A DNA stretch of 64,000 nucleotides, from contig JAAOMT010000040.1 of assembly GCA_016748015.1 (NCBI GenBank), forward strand, positions 1 to 64,000. The letters run 5' to 3'. This DNA is from Geosiphon pyriformis uo1 (lineage: Eukaryota > Fungi > Glomeromycota). The position numbers were made by a program, and so were the translations under genes. Below are positions 12,640-27,041 of the stretch, one piece after another (position 1 is the stretch's first letter; every line of letters starts with the position of its first letter). Below the pieces are notes generated by a model that searched no databases, had not been told where the DNA came from, and saw only the letters and a list, made by a program, of their open reading frames with translations.

Positions 12640-14700
12640 TTATTTTATTTTATTTTATTTTTATTTTAGTTTAATAAATAAGACCTAATCACTATCTAGG
12701 AGCATACAACATATGCATGTCATAAACTAAATACAATTTATATGCTTATTATATATGACCAGCTACTCAGACCAATTAAGATAATCCTATATTAGCCATT
12801 ACTACTATGTTACTACCTAAACCAGAAAAAACAAATATTTAGAATATGTACTAAAATATACATCTTTAATCTCTTTCAAAGTTAACAATATAACTGTTTT
12901 ATTACTTAATTTACTTATATTACTATTTTTACAAGACACTATACTATTATTAACTATTACCAAACCAGTTCTTTCTAAACCAGCTTTGTATTTAAATTTG
13001 TAATACTATATTTTAGATCTGTAAATTAATGCCAAATTTTTTACAAAAAATATAATAAGTTTACTAACAGATTTAATATTACCAAAAACTATTAAAGCTT
13101 TATTGTACCAGTTTTTAGATATAAAATTTTTTACCAAAAAAGAATACAAACTGATGTTATATATACAAGAAGCAATATTAACTAATAATATTTATTATTT
13201 TTCAAACTTATATAGAATCATATTATAAGCAATTTTTTTTAAAAAACATCCAAAAGCATAATCCAAAGTCTTAATATTATTACAAAATACATAGTACTTA
13301 AATATAATACATTATACAAACATTTCTTAATAATTACCAACAAATATTTATGCAGAGCTTTTATGAAGTAAGTATATAAAACAGCTAATAAATAGCTTGT
13401 AAAGTCAAAAGCCATATAGTTATTAAGATGTTAAACTTTAGAAGTTTTTTTTTAATTTATTTTATTGATATTACAATCTTTTGTCACTTTAGATTCAAAC
13501 TTATTTTTCCACTTGACATAATATAAAATTTCATAAAAATTCTTAATATAATAATAAATATTATAAGACAATGCTTTATTATCTAATTAAATAAAAAACT
13601 TGCAAATTACAGTAGAAAAAACTGAACCAAAAAAGCAGACATCAGTAACAAGTTTGTTAACATGTTTATTTTTCATATTACTAACATAATTTTTGATTTT
13701 AATCCAAAAAACTAATAAAATTTTCTCTTTAATAAAATCAATTATCTGTTATTGTTTTATCTACAAACTTTTCTTAAAATCAAATAAAGCCAATTTTAAC
13801 TTATTAATGTAAGTGCAAATGGTTGTTTAACTGTCTAAATTAATAACCATATTACTTTTTACAGAAACACAAACAAATACAAAAGAAATGATCTTAAATT
13901 TAGCCAAAGTTAAAAACATAATGACATATATCTTAATCTTAATATTTAAGTTAACATAAAAAAAAAGACAACAGTTTCCCTAACAATTAAAAATGAACTA
14001 AAATTCTTTATAAATCTATTCAAGTATATATTAAAAAAACTCAGACTAGATTTTAAAAATTCAATTTTAATGTGATCAATCAGGTTAATAATATTAAGTT
14101 TAATAAAACATCTACCACAAAAAATACTAATTAAACCAGATAAAATCTTATGAAATTTAAAACCAATTATTATTATTAAAACCAGCATATTATAAAACTA
14201 AAATTTGTTATAAATATAATTAAAACATATGAAAAAAAAGCAAAAAATAAAAATAATAAATAAAATATATACAATAACATAATAGTTATTTTAAATATTA
14301 AAAACAAAAAACTTAAACATAGAAATAATAATTAACAAATAAAAAATTTACTATAAAAACATTCAAAAAAACAAAACAATTAAAAAAACTTTATACAACA
14401 AAATACAAAAACAAAAAAATAACTATATAGAAAAACTTATTAGAAAAGTGAAAAAACTTTTAAAAATCCAATAACAAGTGTTTAATCAAAAGTGCTAATA
14501 AAAAAAACTAAGGAATTTGAAAAGAACAGTTTCCAATAGCATACTATTATTATTACTTGGAACAATAGCTGAATATCCAAACACTATATATTAATAGCTC
14601 TAAATAAGTATTTAACAAATAAATAATACAACAAATAAAATACTTTATTGGAAAAAACAATTTAATAATTCATGTAAAATAATTTACTAACTATATACAA
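12640..14700 (-). mobile_element. Heavily eroded 3' portion of a LINE (RNase H to 3'UTR, (TAAAA)n tail)
   Basis: The 3'UTR at ~12675-12790 aligns with the other LINE 3'UTRs. FNIYLNRFIKNF (~14000-14035) corresponds to the RNase H motif YTDGS after G>A/C>T changes. The right boundary is approximate. Confidence 0.65.
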
Positions 14701-15254
14701 TTTTCTATAAATACAAAAAAATACTATTACATTTAGTTATAGAAAATATAACAGCAAACCAATTAAAAAAAATAATTAATTTACAATTTAAAATACTAAA
14801 AACAGAAGTTTTCAAGACAATAATAAAAAAAAGTATACAAATTTATTTAATAAAAAAACTTAAAAGATTTTAATAGAGCTTAATATTAAAAAAAAGAAAT
14901 AATATTATTCATAAAAAATAATAATAATATAAATAACCAATAGTAAAATAAAGATTATTAAAATACATAATACTAAGAATTTCAAAAATTTTAAAAATTA
15001 CAGAAATATTGGCAAAAATACTAGGAATTTTAGCAATAATTTAAAAAAATTGTAAGAATTTCAGGAATTTTGTATTATGAAAATTTATGTATATATATTA
15101 ATTAATAAGTCAAGAAAAAAAAGAACAAACTCAACTTTAAGATAAGTTCAATTTTAAGATTAATTTAGCTATTTTTAATTTTATTAACAATTACAAATTT
15201 ATTAACTTATTAATAAACTTTTATCATATTTATTACTTAAATAATTTCAAGATT

Positions 15255-18200
15255 TTTTTTTTTTTATTACATTTAATGAGTGAAATTCAAACGCTACCTA
15301 GAACTATACATCATACAAATAATTTAAACTAGGTATGAATCATGCATTTTTTACATGTGACCAGCCATTCAAGCCAATCAGAACAACACTATACATTTAT
15401 ATAAACAGAAACTATATCACTTATACCAGAAAAAAACTGACAATATTTACAAAACCCAAAACTAACACCAAAAGCATTAGTGATATCTAATAACTTAACC
15501 ATACTATCTGAAAGTAGCTTAGGGGGGCCTACCACTAAAAGAAATAGAGAACTATTACATGGAATTGAACCATTTCCCTCCATAAGAGACCTGTGTTTGG
15601 CACAAACCAATTAAACCTCTTTCCGAAAAGTGAGACAAAATTTTCACACAAAGTTCATGATGGTCAGAGCTGCCACCTTGGAATCTTTAAAAACAGAAAG
15701 TGACTCATGATACCAATCATTAAAAACAAAACCTTTATAAAGAGCTGTGCTAATCACTACATCAGAAACACATATTGACAACAACTGTAAGACACATAAG
15801 AAGGAATGAGATAAACCAGTGTAATTTTCCCAAGCAGAAACATCAGATGGGCAGGAAAACATGTGGTCGGAAACCTTAACATTACCACAATAAAGACATA
15901 TTATGCTGGGATAGCACCTATTATACAACCGTTTCCATACAGCTATAGGAAGCTGATAATGCAGTGTCTTCATAAAATATGTCTAATTGTTAGCAGTACA
16001 CTTACTAGTGAAACCAACAGCCAAATGAGAATCCGGATGTTACACCAAAGAAGACCTGAACCAATCAATATCCAAACGCAAGCTTCCCATTATAACCTGA
16101 AAGCCTAAACTCATCTCCCAATGTGCATGATGAACTGATTGGAAAATGTCATGGACAAAATGTCTAGAATTACCAGATACCACAGTACCACCAGCCACTA
16201 AAACCCGCTCACTGATTGAAGGAGGTAGGTGAAAGTCAGAAAAAGCAGCAACTTTAGCTAAAGCATCAGCACGCTTATTGTCCAACATGCCAAAATAATC
16301 TTTGACTTTAACCCAATTTACATCCAATCTTTTATGACAAATAACATTAGCAATGTGGCAGTGTTTGATCCAACACTGATTCCTGAAATCCAGACAAAGC
16401 AAAACAGATTCTGAAACACACGCATCCAAAGCAGTCTGACTGTCAGAGAACAGGTCAACAGAACTAAGAGAAGGGACACATTTTAGAGCCAAAGCAATGG
16501 CTTGTAATTTGGCTAATGTAGAAGAGACCAAGCCAGACACATTCACACCCAAACCTAAATTAAGGTCTTCAAAAAACACTGCCGCACCAGCTTTCATATC
16601 AAGAGTTCCCAGCCCACACAAGGAACTATTTGTATACACAGAAAGATGAGAAGATGTAGTATTCAACAGATTGGAACTGACCACACCAAACTCACAGGAC
16701 TGAAGAACGTCATGATGCATACAGCCATCCAAGAATAGGAAACCAACAGAAGAAGAGGCCATATTAGCAATAAAGTGAATGGCAATACCATACCAAATGG
16801 AACAGGACTGCAGGGGTCCAATCTTTTTCACCATTTGAAGGTTGACCAACTAAAAACAGCACTATTATGATCTTGAAGCTGTTCCACAAATGCAACACCA
16901 TACCAGTGGAGTGAGGAAACACACCTGAAAAATGTCTTATTACCAAGCACAAAAGAAAAAGGAGTACCAGACTGAAGGTGAAATGTACTGGCCACCGAGC
17001 TGCCTAAGGACAAATTGTAATCAGAAAAAACACGGACCACACCAGCCAAAAAATTATTTGAAGAGTCAACTCTAATACAAGATGGGAATACCAATAGATG
17101 GCAAGGGCACCAGCTGAGAACCTGAAGATTGTGGCATTGGTGTGCAAACAACTGACCCAAAACACCAACTGAATTCGCAAAAAAAACAATGGAAGCCAAC
17201 TTACTCTCAGCCTGAACCTGTTCAAATGTTTTCAAACTGTACAAAGAAGGGTAGTACAGTGCATCATTGAGAAAATTAAGTGGCAGACCAGACTTAGATT
17301 TCAAACCCTTGTGAATGAGAGCATTCTATTTGTTACACACACTGATAGAAACAAAACTGAACTGAGTCCTGTAACTGATGATGAAAACAAAAACTGCTGA
17401 CACCAAATATGCAAATTGTTTATCTGAAATCACTTTTCTTAAGACAATATTGGTAAAAAACCAAATATCTGAATGCGCCTTAACCAAGCTAGGCCTAGAT
17501 AAACCTTTAGAAGATAGGAAGATTCCCAAATAGCAATGAGGTTCCCCCTTTTTAGCAACAGAGATAGGCAAACCACTGATATTAAGAGCAGGATTCGCTA
17601 CCCGGCAGTTAATAGGGATGACCACAGTCTTCTCATTATTTATCGAAATGTCATTAATTCTAAAGAAATCACTAGCAATATTAAGGATGTGTTGAGTAGC
17701 TGACTGGCTATTGCCAACCCAAATCGTATTATCAACAAAAGCACCAGCAGCCAGAAATGATGTCAGTCCAGCTTAAGATTCTATTTGGCCAGCTTTGGAA
17801 ACAAAATGAAAATTCAATCTATAGCCACACACAGACTCTTGTTTTTTGACTTCACAAAGAAGCGGATCATAAAATATGTACCAAAAAAGTGGAGAGAAAA
17901 CCTCCTCTTGGTCCAAGCCATCATGCATGTAATACCCATCTGTCAAACTGAAATTTGTCATCACCCTGTTAGTGTGATCATTGTGAATGGAGCCAAAAAA
18001 CCTAATAAAGCTGTCACACATCTTGATTCTAACTAAACTCCCTCTAAGATGCTCCCAACCAACAGAATTATAGGCTTTGTGCATGTCCTGCAAAACCAAT
18101 CATAGTTCTCAATTTTTCTCCAAGGCATCCTTAATTACAGAACCAATAGCAAAGATCGAAGACTGTGTAGTTGTACTTTTCAAAACAGAAAAATTGTTCC

Positions 18201-21200
18201 CACGCAAGATGTCAAACTCACTACAAGCCAATGAAATCTTATCTAAAAGAATTTTGAAAAAAACCTTGCAGGCTGTCTCAATCAAAGCAATAGGACAGGT
18301 ATTCATAAGAACACCTTCTCATTCATAGGATTTAAGAATCATGGAAACCCAAGCTTCCCTTCAAGGCCCAGGGACCAACTCACAGACCAAACAACAATTC
18401 AGAAACACCAAAACCATATCCAAAACTAATTTATTGCAGTGTTTCCACAACTCATTAGATATATCAGAAAGACCAGCCGCCTTCCCATCAGGTAAATTTA
18501 AAATGACCACCAACATCTCATCGAAATCAATTGGACTCATTACACTGGCAAAAGCTTCATCAAAAACGTAATCCAGAGGCTGATATTAGTGAACCCAATC
18601 ACTAGAGATATCAGAAATCACCTCATGCTTCTGCATTCAGCCCTCCATAATCTCATCTACCTTAGACTTAACCAACATGGGTTCCAAGACCAATTCGTCA
18701 CTAACCATAATATAGTCCAATACAACTTTGTGAAAAGGATGCTTTAATACACTTCTGATTGTATAATCTTTGTCTGACTCAAAACTTTCCATTCGCCTGG
18801 TAATAGCCTGTTTGATCTGAGACTCCTCCGCATGCTTGGATTCCATAAGCTTGAAAGAATGATAAGACTTTTTCACCTTAGCCAGCAAAAAATAAATGAC
18901 ATCAAAACTAGCACCTGAGAAAAAGATTGATTTTGTTGCTGCAGCACTGATTGGGTTGAGACTGTCCCACACACTTAAAAGCAAAGCAAATTCATTACTA
19001 GACACCGAACGAGAAGCCTTCACCAGCTTGGAAACCAGCAGTTCCAACTTATGAAACCTAGAAGACTCTTTAGTATAAACACTATCATAATCTTTGAACC
19101 ACTTTTTTTTGAATGTACCACCAGCAGAAAGAACCACAACCTTACGAATAACATCCCACATTGAATCTAGATCTGAAGAGCTCTTAGCTGCAGCAAACTT
19201 ATTTGAAAACACAGACACATTAGCAGTTGTCAAAATTTTGAAATCCAGCCACTTCAAATCAGTAATGTTCCTGACATTGAATTTCCAACAATTTTTGTTT
19301 GCCTGCTTGCACAAAGAGGAGAGCTGCATATTCAACAAGCCACCCAAATCTGCGGAAATTGATACAGCTTTGTAATCAGTATCAAAGAATTCATCAACAT
19401 TAACCATGCTACGATCCACTATTGCATTGACCAAACCAGAAGAGACAAACATGTAATCGATCATTTTAGAGACATCATAAGAATTGCACCATATAGACAA
19501 ATTTGTAAACAAGCTCCCATTCAAAGCATTGACCAAGCCCAGATTGAAACACTTTCTGAAACTAGCACACCTATGAGAACTATCCTCATTAAAATTGCCA
19601 CCAAGAATAACAAAAAATGATTTGTTCACAGCTCTTGCTATAAAAGAATTGACATCAGCAGCCTGAAAAAACTGTGTTGCCGAAGAAGCACCAGCATACA
19701 GACCCAAAACAGACACAGAGATTTTATTCCTAAAAAGTAGTTTGATGGATATAAGCCAATCAGGGATCTCAGAAACCTTATACACATGCTTTGACAAAGA
19801 TTCATTTAGAACAATTGCCACACCCGAGCCAAGATGACCAGAGTCCACACCAGAAATGAACACATGAACACCAGGAAATTTGTTGGCTATTCAAGGGTAA
19901 ACCCGCCTCTTAAGTTTAGTCTCAGTACAAATAGAAATCGAATTGTTCACACTCCTGTGCCAGCATATAATGTCTTCTTGCTTCACTGAATTGTTCATGC
20001 CTCTAACATTACACATGGCTATATTCCATACTAAATCATTCATTGAGATACAGAAAAGACTGCAGAACCTGAGCCAGCACACATCTGATCTAACTTCTCC
20101 AATACTGAACAAACCGAAGCTTTAAGAGCCATCAACTTCAACTCCAAACAGCCCACTTTTGAAGTCAAAATTTTTGAACTACTTGGACCCAAACTCGAGA
20201 CACCAGAGGAAACCAAAGAGGGAGGAAGAACCACAGACTTAGGTTCATCCAGAACCATATCCAAACCAAATTCCATATTTGCTGTAATAGAGACAACCAA
20301 GGACTGAGAAGAGGAGACAAGAGCCAAGGGCACCAGGTTTAAATTGTTAAGTTTGTCTATAATACCAGACACCTTATTCATGAGAAGTTCCAAAGAATGC
20401 TCCAAAGAAGTGAGACAAGTTTTCAAAAGTGAATTAACAGGACCTGCAGGAGACAAGTGACCAACCACATCTGAGGCACCAGAAAAAGAGCCAAAACCAG
20501 GACCAAAACCAAAATGAGGACTATTAGACAAAGATACTAGAGAGACAACTTGGGTCCATGATTTGCTGTCAAATGCAGCTGGTCTAAAAATAGGCATATT
20601 CTTTTTTACATACAGCTTGGCCAACTGGAGGTGGTTCTCATCAGAGACAACCCTTTTAAATGACTTAGAAAGTTTAGGAGAAGTTGAGGTCTCAGCATCA
20701 CACTCTAAAACAGAATGATCAAGTTTCCCACACTGTTCACACCAAACCATGTCCAATCTAGCCCAAGACAGTTTCACCCCACCAAAAATAGGCTCTGTAC
20801 AAAACACAGATTCCAATACCTTGTCATTCTCAAAACAAACCACAGCACAATAAACCCTATTGCCAGTGTCTAAGGATCAATTTATGACACAAGTTTTCTC
20901 ACCAGCTCCTGCCAAAAGATCACCAAGATTATGAGCCATTGTTTCTACTGGCAACGTAAACAAAAGCGCCCTATACCAATCTTTAGATGCCCATGTCTTA
21001 TGATCCCTCACAGCTTTGGCCATGCACACTAAATTTTTCCCGATTAAGAATGACCACTTAGCTGCCAACTAATTTGTCTGACTCAATTCAGCAAACTCCA
21101 CCACAGCCTTCTGCCACAGCCCAATGAGTTGTAATCAGATTGACACCACTTGACCAAACTCAGATACTGCGGCGATGATCATTTCTTTTGGCATATCCAT

Positions 21201-22020
21201 GGGAATTTCTTTGATCACTATGGCCTGATCTGAGTGAATTCCTTGTCTTCTAAGATCGCTGTTTACTATAATGTTATTTTTCCTGGCCAGTGATACGGTC
21301 TTTTTTATGCTTTCTGATGAAGTAAATGTCAATCAGATAATCCCTTCAAATTTTGAGGGGGTGGTAGCTCCTCCAAAACCATTGATTCCAGAAAATAATT
21401 TTCTTATAACTTGAGTTTTGGCTATTGCCGATTTCCCTTCTACAGCTGAAAGATTGATGTCCAAAGCAAAAGATTTCTTCACAGCTACTTCCACTTAAGT
21501 TTTAATGATTTTGGAATCAATCCACGCCTTATCCAAAGAGAAGGACATATGGAGGGGGAAAAAAAACCTCTTCTTCCTCCTCCATGTCGTAAATAATAGA
21601 GCCAATAACTGCACCATTATTGAAACACTTGGCTTGAGGTGTATTTATCTTGGAATCAGATACTCTTCCGCCATTGGAAGCTTCCCCATCAGTATCCATG
21701 CTAATAAACTGCCTGACCACCTAACCAGACCCACTACTTTTGAGAATCGCACCATTACTTGAGAGCTTAGCACCACCGGGAGCTTTCTTGGTTGTATGAC
21801 TTGAATCACTACCAACTGAACCAGAAGTTGGAACTCTGGTCGACCTTCTTTTAGCACCAGTACCACTCATGGGAGCAGCCAGATCAACAACAAAAGGATT
21901 AGGTTCTTGTAAAGTGTTAGAAGACAGTATGAAATAACAGAAAAAAACTTCTTTCGAAATATGACTCTTTTTCAGGAATTTAGAACAAAGAAGAGAAAGA
22001 AGTTTTTTATTAATTTAGAT
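15255..22020 (-). mobile_element. Full-length inactivated non-LTR retrotransposon (LINE; ORF1 with CCHC knuckle, ORF2 APE-RT-RNase H-zinc finger)
   Basis: 10-bp TSD TTTCAAGATT at 15245-15254 and 22021-22030, plus an A-tail. ORF1 has CEQCGKLDHSVLEC and stops at 20040. ORF2 starts at ATG 20043 with NVRG/TETK/GGNFN/IDY (APE), LQDMHKAYNSV/YDPLL/AFVD (RT), SDSQ (RNase H) and CLYC..HMFSC. Many stop codons and one frameshift near 16830. Confidence 0.93.
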
Positions 22021-22902
22021 TTTCAAGATTATCAAAGTTAAAATTAACATTATAATTAGATTAATATTATTCAAATTTATTATAGTTACTTGAACAAAAT
22101 TAAAACAATAGTTTTTGATTATAATTACTAATAGAAAATTAATTAGTTATTATATTAATTTGTTAATTGTGTTTATTGAAATTACTAACTAATTATATAA
22201 AAGCACTAAGATTATAATATTAAAAATTGCTTGGTAAAGATATTAGAAAAAAGTATAAATATAATTAAAGAACTAAAATTGCTTATTAAAAAAATGTAAA
22301 TACCAGAATAAACTAATTATCAAGCCAAAAAAATTATCAAAGTTATTATTAACTATTATTAAGTAAATATTTGTTTATTATACAAAAAATTTCAATACAA
22401 AATCTTCAAAATACTTTTAGAATATACTTTAACTAATTTGAGTACTAAATTTTAAAAATTACCAACATCTACTCAAAAAATCTATTTATAATACTAAAAT
22501 CTCATATTTGTTTATTAATATTAGTTTTAATTACATAGACTACATTCTTTTCAATAAAGATAGACTATTTAAATACCAAAAAATTAGCCTGTTTTTAATT
22601 ATTTAATTCTATAATTACTTTCTATTACAGTTTTATTAATTGTATTTTGATTAACTTAATAATATTAAAGTTGGTAAGTACAGCTTATATAATCTCTATA
22701 AACATTTTCATCAGAATTTATTTTATAACAATAATTTGATTTGTTTAATTGTTTATTAAATGCTTAAAATTAGTATTTATTATAATATTATAATCAATTA
22801 TCAGATTAGCTGTAGTTAATATTGTTTTTTTTAAAGTAAAAAATATCTGAATAATTCTACCAAATTTTGAAAAAGTAAAAGCTCTTTCAAAACCATTTAT
22901 AT

Positions 22903-23569
22903 TGTTATGGGTTGGAGTAACAAGCTAATGGATAGTAAAAGAGAACAGAATTGTAGAGTAATAAAAGAGATCAAAGAAAATTCAACTTCAAAGAGCAAAT
23001 TGAATAAGTATGAATTCAATGTGCAAGATCAGTTTTATAAAATATCTCAGTCACTATACTTTTCAAGAATAACCAGGGAATTTGAAGGTAAAGAGATAGT
23101 CCATACTGTTAACAAATAATCACACACTGGTATAATTCTATGCCTCATATTGGCACTTTTAAAATTCAATATCAGATATTAAGTATACTCTTCAGTCATG
23201 TTTTATTCAATAATCTTCAAATGCTACAATTACATGTTTTAGGAAAAGAGTAAGAAATAACCAACAAATGATCTTTTATTCTAAGATGTTCAGATACTTA
23301 AAGGTAGAGAAAGAGAAATTAGCAATAAGAGAAAGATTAAGATAAAAGTTGTTATTTTATTTATTTAATTTCCTTGATTTCTACATGCTTTTCTACAGCT
23401 AAGAGATTTATTATTTATATAGCTATCAAAAGTGGTCAATGATTAAATCAACAACTAGGTTAATGATTAGGTCAATGATCACTTTCTAAAAATAGAGTGG
23501 CTAATTTATATGATATCAATGGCTAATACATGTGATAATTAATAAGAAGTATAAGTTTCAATCATAACA
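22903..23569. mobile_element. Solo LTR, family A (667 bp)
   Basis: Termini TGTTATG...CATAACA; 4-bp TSD ATAT on both sides (22899-22902 and 23570-23573). Confidence 0.8.
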
Positions 23570-23804
23570 ATATTAACAAATATATTTCTAACAATTTTCA
23601 ATTTATTCTGAGTTGATTTTTAAGTAATAATTAAAAGATTAATATCTAAAACAAATAATTTGTAAACTAAAATATGTACCAAAGACTTAAAAAAAAGGAA
23701 AAAAAAAGAGATTTATTCAAAACATTATTTTTATTATTATTACTAATATTGAAATTAATTTGTCTAAAAAACTTTTTAAGAACATACTTAATAATTTTGC
23801 TTAA

Positions 23805-24769
23805 TATTATTAGCCAAAATTTGATATATTATTTAATATAAAATTATTTTTATAATTTTTATTATTAATTAACATATATTATTATTTTAATTTATTACTT
23901 ATTATTTTATTAAATTATTTGAATTATTATTTAATTAATAATTTAATTTGTACAGAACACAAATAAAACCAAATTGCAATAATCAAATTATGCAATACAT
24001 CAAACTATATAATATTTAAATTTTGCCAAAATAGTCAACAATTTATTAAAATAATTTATAGTTTGCAAAATAACTTGAAGTTTTATAAAATATATTTTTA
24101 ATTTACCAAAATATTAAGAAAAAAAAATGCTAGATTATAGAATAATACTACAATAAATTGTATAAAAAAAAGCTTTTTTTTAAAAAAAATATATCTTACT
24201 CAAAATTATCTTTTCTTAGATATCTTTTTTATAAATTAACTCAAATAAAACTTATTTAAAAACATAAATTCTTTAATTGTTTTTATTTTAAAATTAATTA
24301 TTTTATACTTATATTTTGAAATTGATTAGTTACTAATTTTAGTAATTATTAGTAATTTCCAAACTTAGATTCAAAATGATTTTTTTAACAAATTTTTTTA
24401 TTTCTTTTTTTAATTTATTTTCTTTTATTTTTTTTTATATTTTTTTTATATTATTGGATAGCTTACAATCAAGATTTTTTGTAAAAAAGTTGACTTTTAT
24501 AACAAAATAACTATAAATATTTTAAAAAATTTACAAACAAAATTTTTTTGTAAAAGAATTAATTTTTACTACAAAATAACTATACAAATAATTGGCACAA
24601 AATTAATTATTCTATTATAAGCCCAATAGTATACATATTTCAAAGTATAAAAAGATACTTTAAAAAAAAAATTAGCTTATTAAAAATTACTGATTTCTAT
24701 TAAACAGCAGAATTAATAGCAAATAATATTAACAATTTTAAAAAAAAAGTAGAAAAACTTTTGATAACA
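23805..24769. mobile_element. Solo LTR, family B (eroded copy)
   Basis: Collinear with 48266-49326 and ends TGATAACA. The flanks TTAA and CCAG are compatible with a CCAG TSD after transitions. Confidence 0.7.
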
Positions 24770-25457
24770 CCAGTTTTTTAGGAGTTAAGTTAATATTTTA
24801 TGTTCTAATTTATTACTGCTATCAAGCTAAAAACTGGTTTTTTTAACAAAAAACTTTTTTTTATATCTATATTTTCTATATTAGTAGTATTGTTAATAGT
24901 TAAACTATTTATCTTATTAGTCTTAAATAATTTTCAAAAAATACCAATATTAATTTTAGCAGTAAAATTTTTTAAAATATCTTTTTTATGCTTTTTTTTA
25001 ATAAACAACTCTAAAATTATAAAATTAATACCAAACTTTTTTTGAATTTTTTATATTTAAACTATTATTAACATTGTCAAATTTGTAGTTAAAAAAAGTT
25101 TTAAGATATTTAATTAAATAGTAAAAAATAATCAAAGATAAAAAAACTTTTTTTAAAAATATAGTTTTTTTTCAGAAATTTGGAATGTAAAAGAGAAAAA
25201 AGTTTTTTATAATTAATTATTATAAATTTTTTTATTAATTTTAAAGCTTAAAAAACAAATTTCATATAAAAAAGTCTTATGTTGTTTTTAAATACAGATT
25301 TATTATTAATAAAACTATATATATACTAAAATACAGTTTTAATAAAAGTCAATTTAATCTTGAAAATAGTATTAAATATTAAAATAAAAGCTATTTATTT
25401 AATAAATTTTTAATAATTAATAATTGTTTTTTAAATACTATTAAAGATAATACTATT

Positions 25458-27041
25458 TCTGTCTGGTTTGATCTTTCAGTTGCTTTTCTTAATATGATGG
25501 CTCTTATCTTTGTTCCATCTTCTCCTGTTGGTGGGGTTGCCCCTTAAAATGTCTTGAACTTGATTGAATTTAATACGATTCGTGGTCATCTGCTTGATGT
25601 CAGTTCCAATAGTATTTCAGTATTTACTGATGGTTCTTTGGCTGGTTTGGATACTGTTGGCATGTGGATTGGTGTGGCTGTTTTTTTTTATGGTGTTGAT
25701 TTGGGTTTAGGTGTTGTGGTTTCTGGTTTGGTGTCTTCTATTATAGTGGAATTGCATGCTATTGCTTTGGCTCTTAAATATGTTCTTCTTTCCAGTTCTG
25801 TTCATTTGTTCTCTGACAGTCAAGCAGCTTTGGATGCATGCAGATCTGAGCTGAGTTTGGTCATTCTGGACTTTTGAAATTGATACTGGTTAGAATGCTG
25901 TCACATTTCCAACTTGATTCATAATAAGAATTTGAACATCTGTTGGTTTAAAGTCAAAGAACATTCTGGTGTTGCGGGTAATGAGCAAGCAGATGCTCTT
26001 GCTGTGGCTGCTTTTATGTCTGACCTTTTTTTTCTTTTATGTTTGAATGAGTGCTATATTTTGACAGGTGGTGTGGCCATTTCTGGGAATTCTAGACATT
26101 TTGTTTGTGATATTTTCTATTGTGTACATCATGCTAGATGGGAGGTTGGCTCTGGTTCTAAAGTCTTAGTCACTAGTTTGCATGGTGACATAGACTGGCG
26201 TAGGTCTTTGCTTGTGTGGCATCCTGATATGCACATGGCCGCTGGTTTCACTGGTAAATATTCTGCTAGTACTCATACTTATTTTATAAAAGCTTTATAT
26301 TATCGGCTGCCTATGGCTGTTTGTAAACGTCTTTATAGCAGGTTTTATCCCAGCATTTTGTGCTTGTTTTGTGGTAAAGTCGAATTTTCCGATCACATTT
26401 TTTCATGTGGCTTTAATGCTGTTATCTGCATCCAGCTGTTGACCATGCACGCAGCTATCTAGGGCTTCCTTTCTGGTTTATTTCAGTCATCGTCACGTGT
26501 TATGCAGCTTTTGCTCTCTAGTGCCTTTGACGCCTTGGTGTGTTCGGCATTGTGTAAGGGTTTTATGTTCAAACTTTGTTTTCAGGAAGTGGTCTCGGTT
26601 TTTGGTAACTCCAAAATTGCTTGTCATAATGTGGTAGAATTTGTGTGAAATTTCTGTCTTGTTTTTAGAAATGAAATTTGGTTGGTTTGTGTAAGTTATC
26701 ATGCTTTGATGGAGAAACATGGCCTGATTTTTAGTGATGGTTCAGTTTCTGTTCTGGTGTATGGCCTTTCTTCGATTTTTTCAGCTGGGGTAATAAAACT
26801 GTTGGGTATTGCGGAGGCTTTTGGAATTTGCTTTGGCTTTCGTACACCTTGTTTATTTTTTTCGGACATTGGGGATTCTGTGTCAATTATTATAGATGCT
26901 TATTGTTGTCCTGATCAGCTTGAGTGGCTGGTTATGTGTAGAAAATACATGATTCACGCCTAGTTTAGATCTTTTATAATGTATTGTTCTAGATAGTGTT
27001 TGGACCTCACTCATTAAAAAAATAAAAATAAAAATAAAAAA
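25458..27041 (+). mobile_element. 5'-truncated LINE (RNase H, C-terminal zinc finger, 3'UTR, A-rich tail)
   Basis: VFTDGS, VELHAI, FSDSQAA, WFKVKEHSGVAGNEQAD, CLFC..HIFSC; conserved 3'UTR at 26900-27012, followed by (A5T)n. Confidence 0.9.

Larger units (their letters stand above)
22550..25210 (-). mobile_element. Old eroded LINE 5' end/ORF1 remnant, interrupted by two solo LTRs
   Basis: A copy of the 5' hairpin lies at 25141-25208. The ORF1 motif KLKIVRNIFVNI|NGFERAFTFSKF (compare RKLFSGINGFGEVSTPSKF in the 50-kb copy) is split exactly by the LTR at 22903-23569. Confidence 0.7.

Noticed and set aside
21941-22008. Hammerhead or HDV ribozyme in the LINE 5' leader (CTGAAAA...GAAA)
   Set aside because: Stem I and the HDV pseudoknot cannot be formed, and the core is not shared by the other copies.
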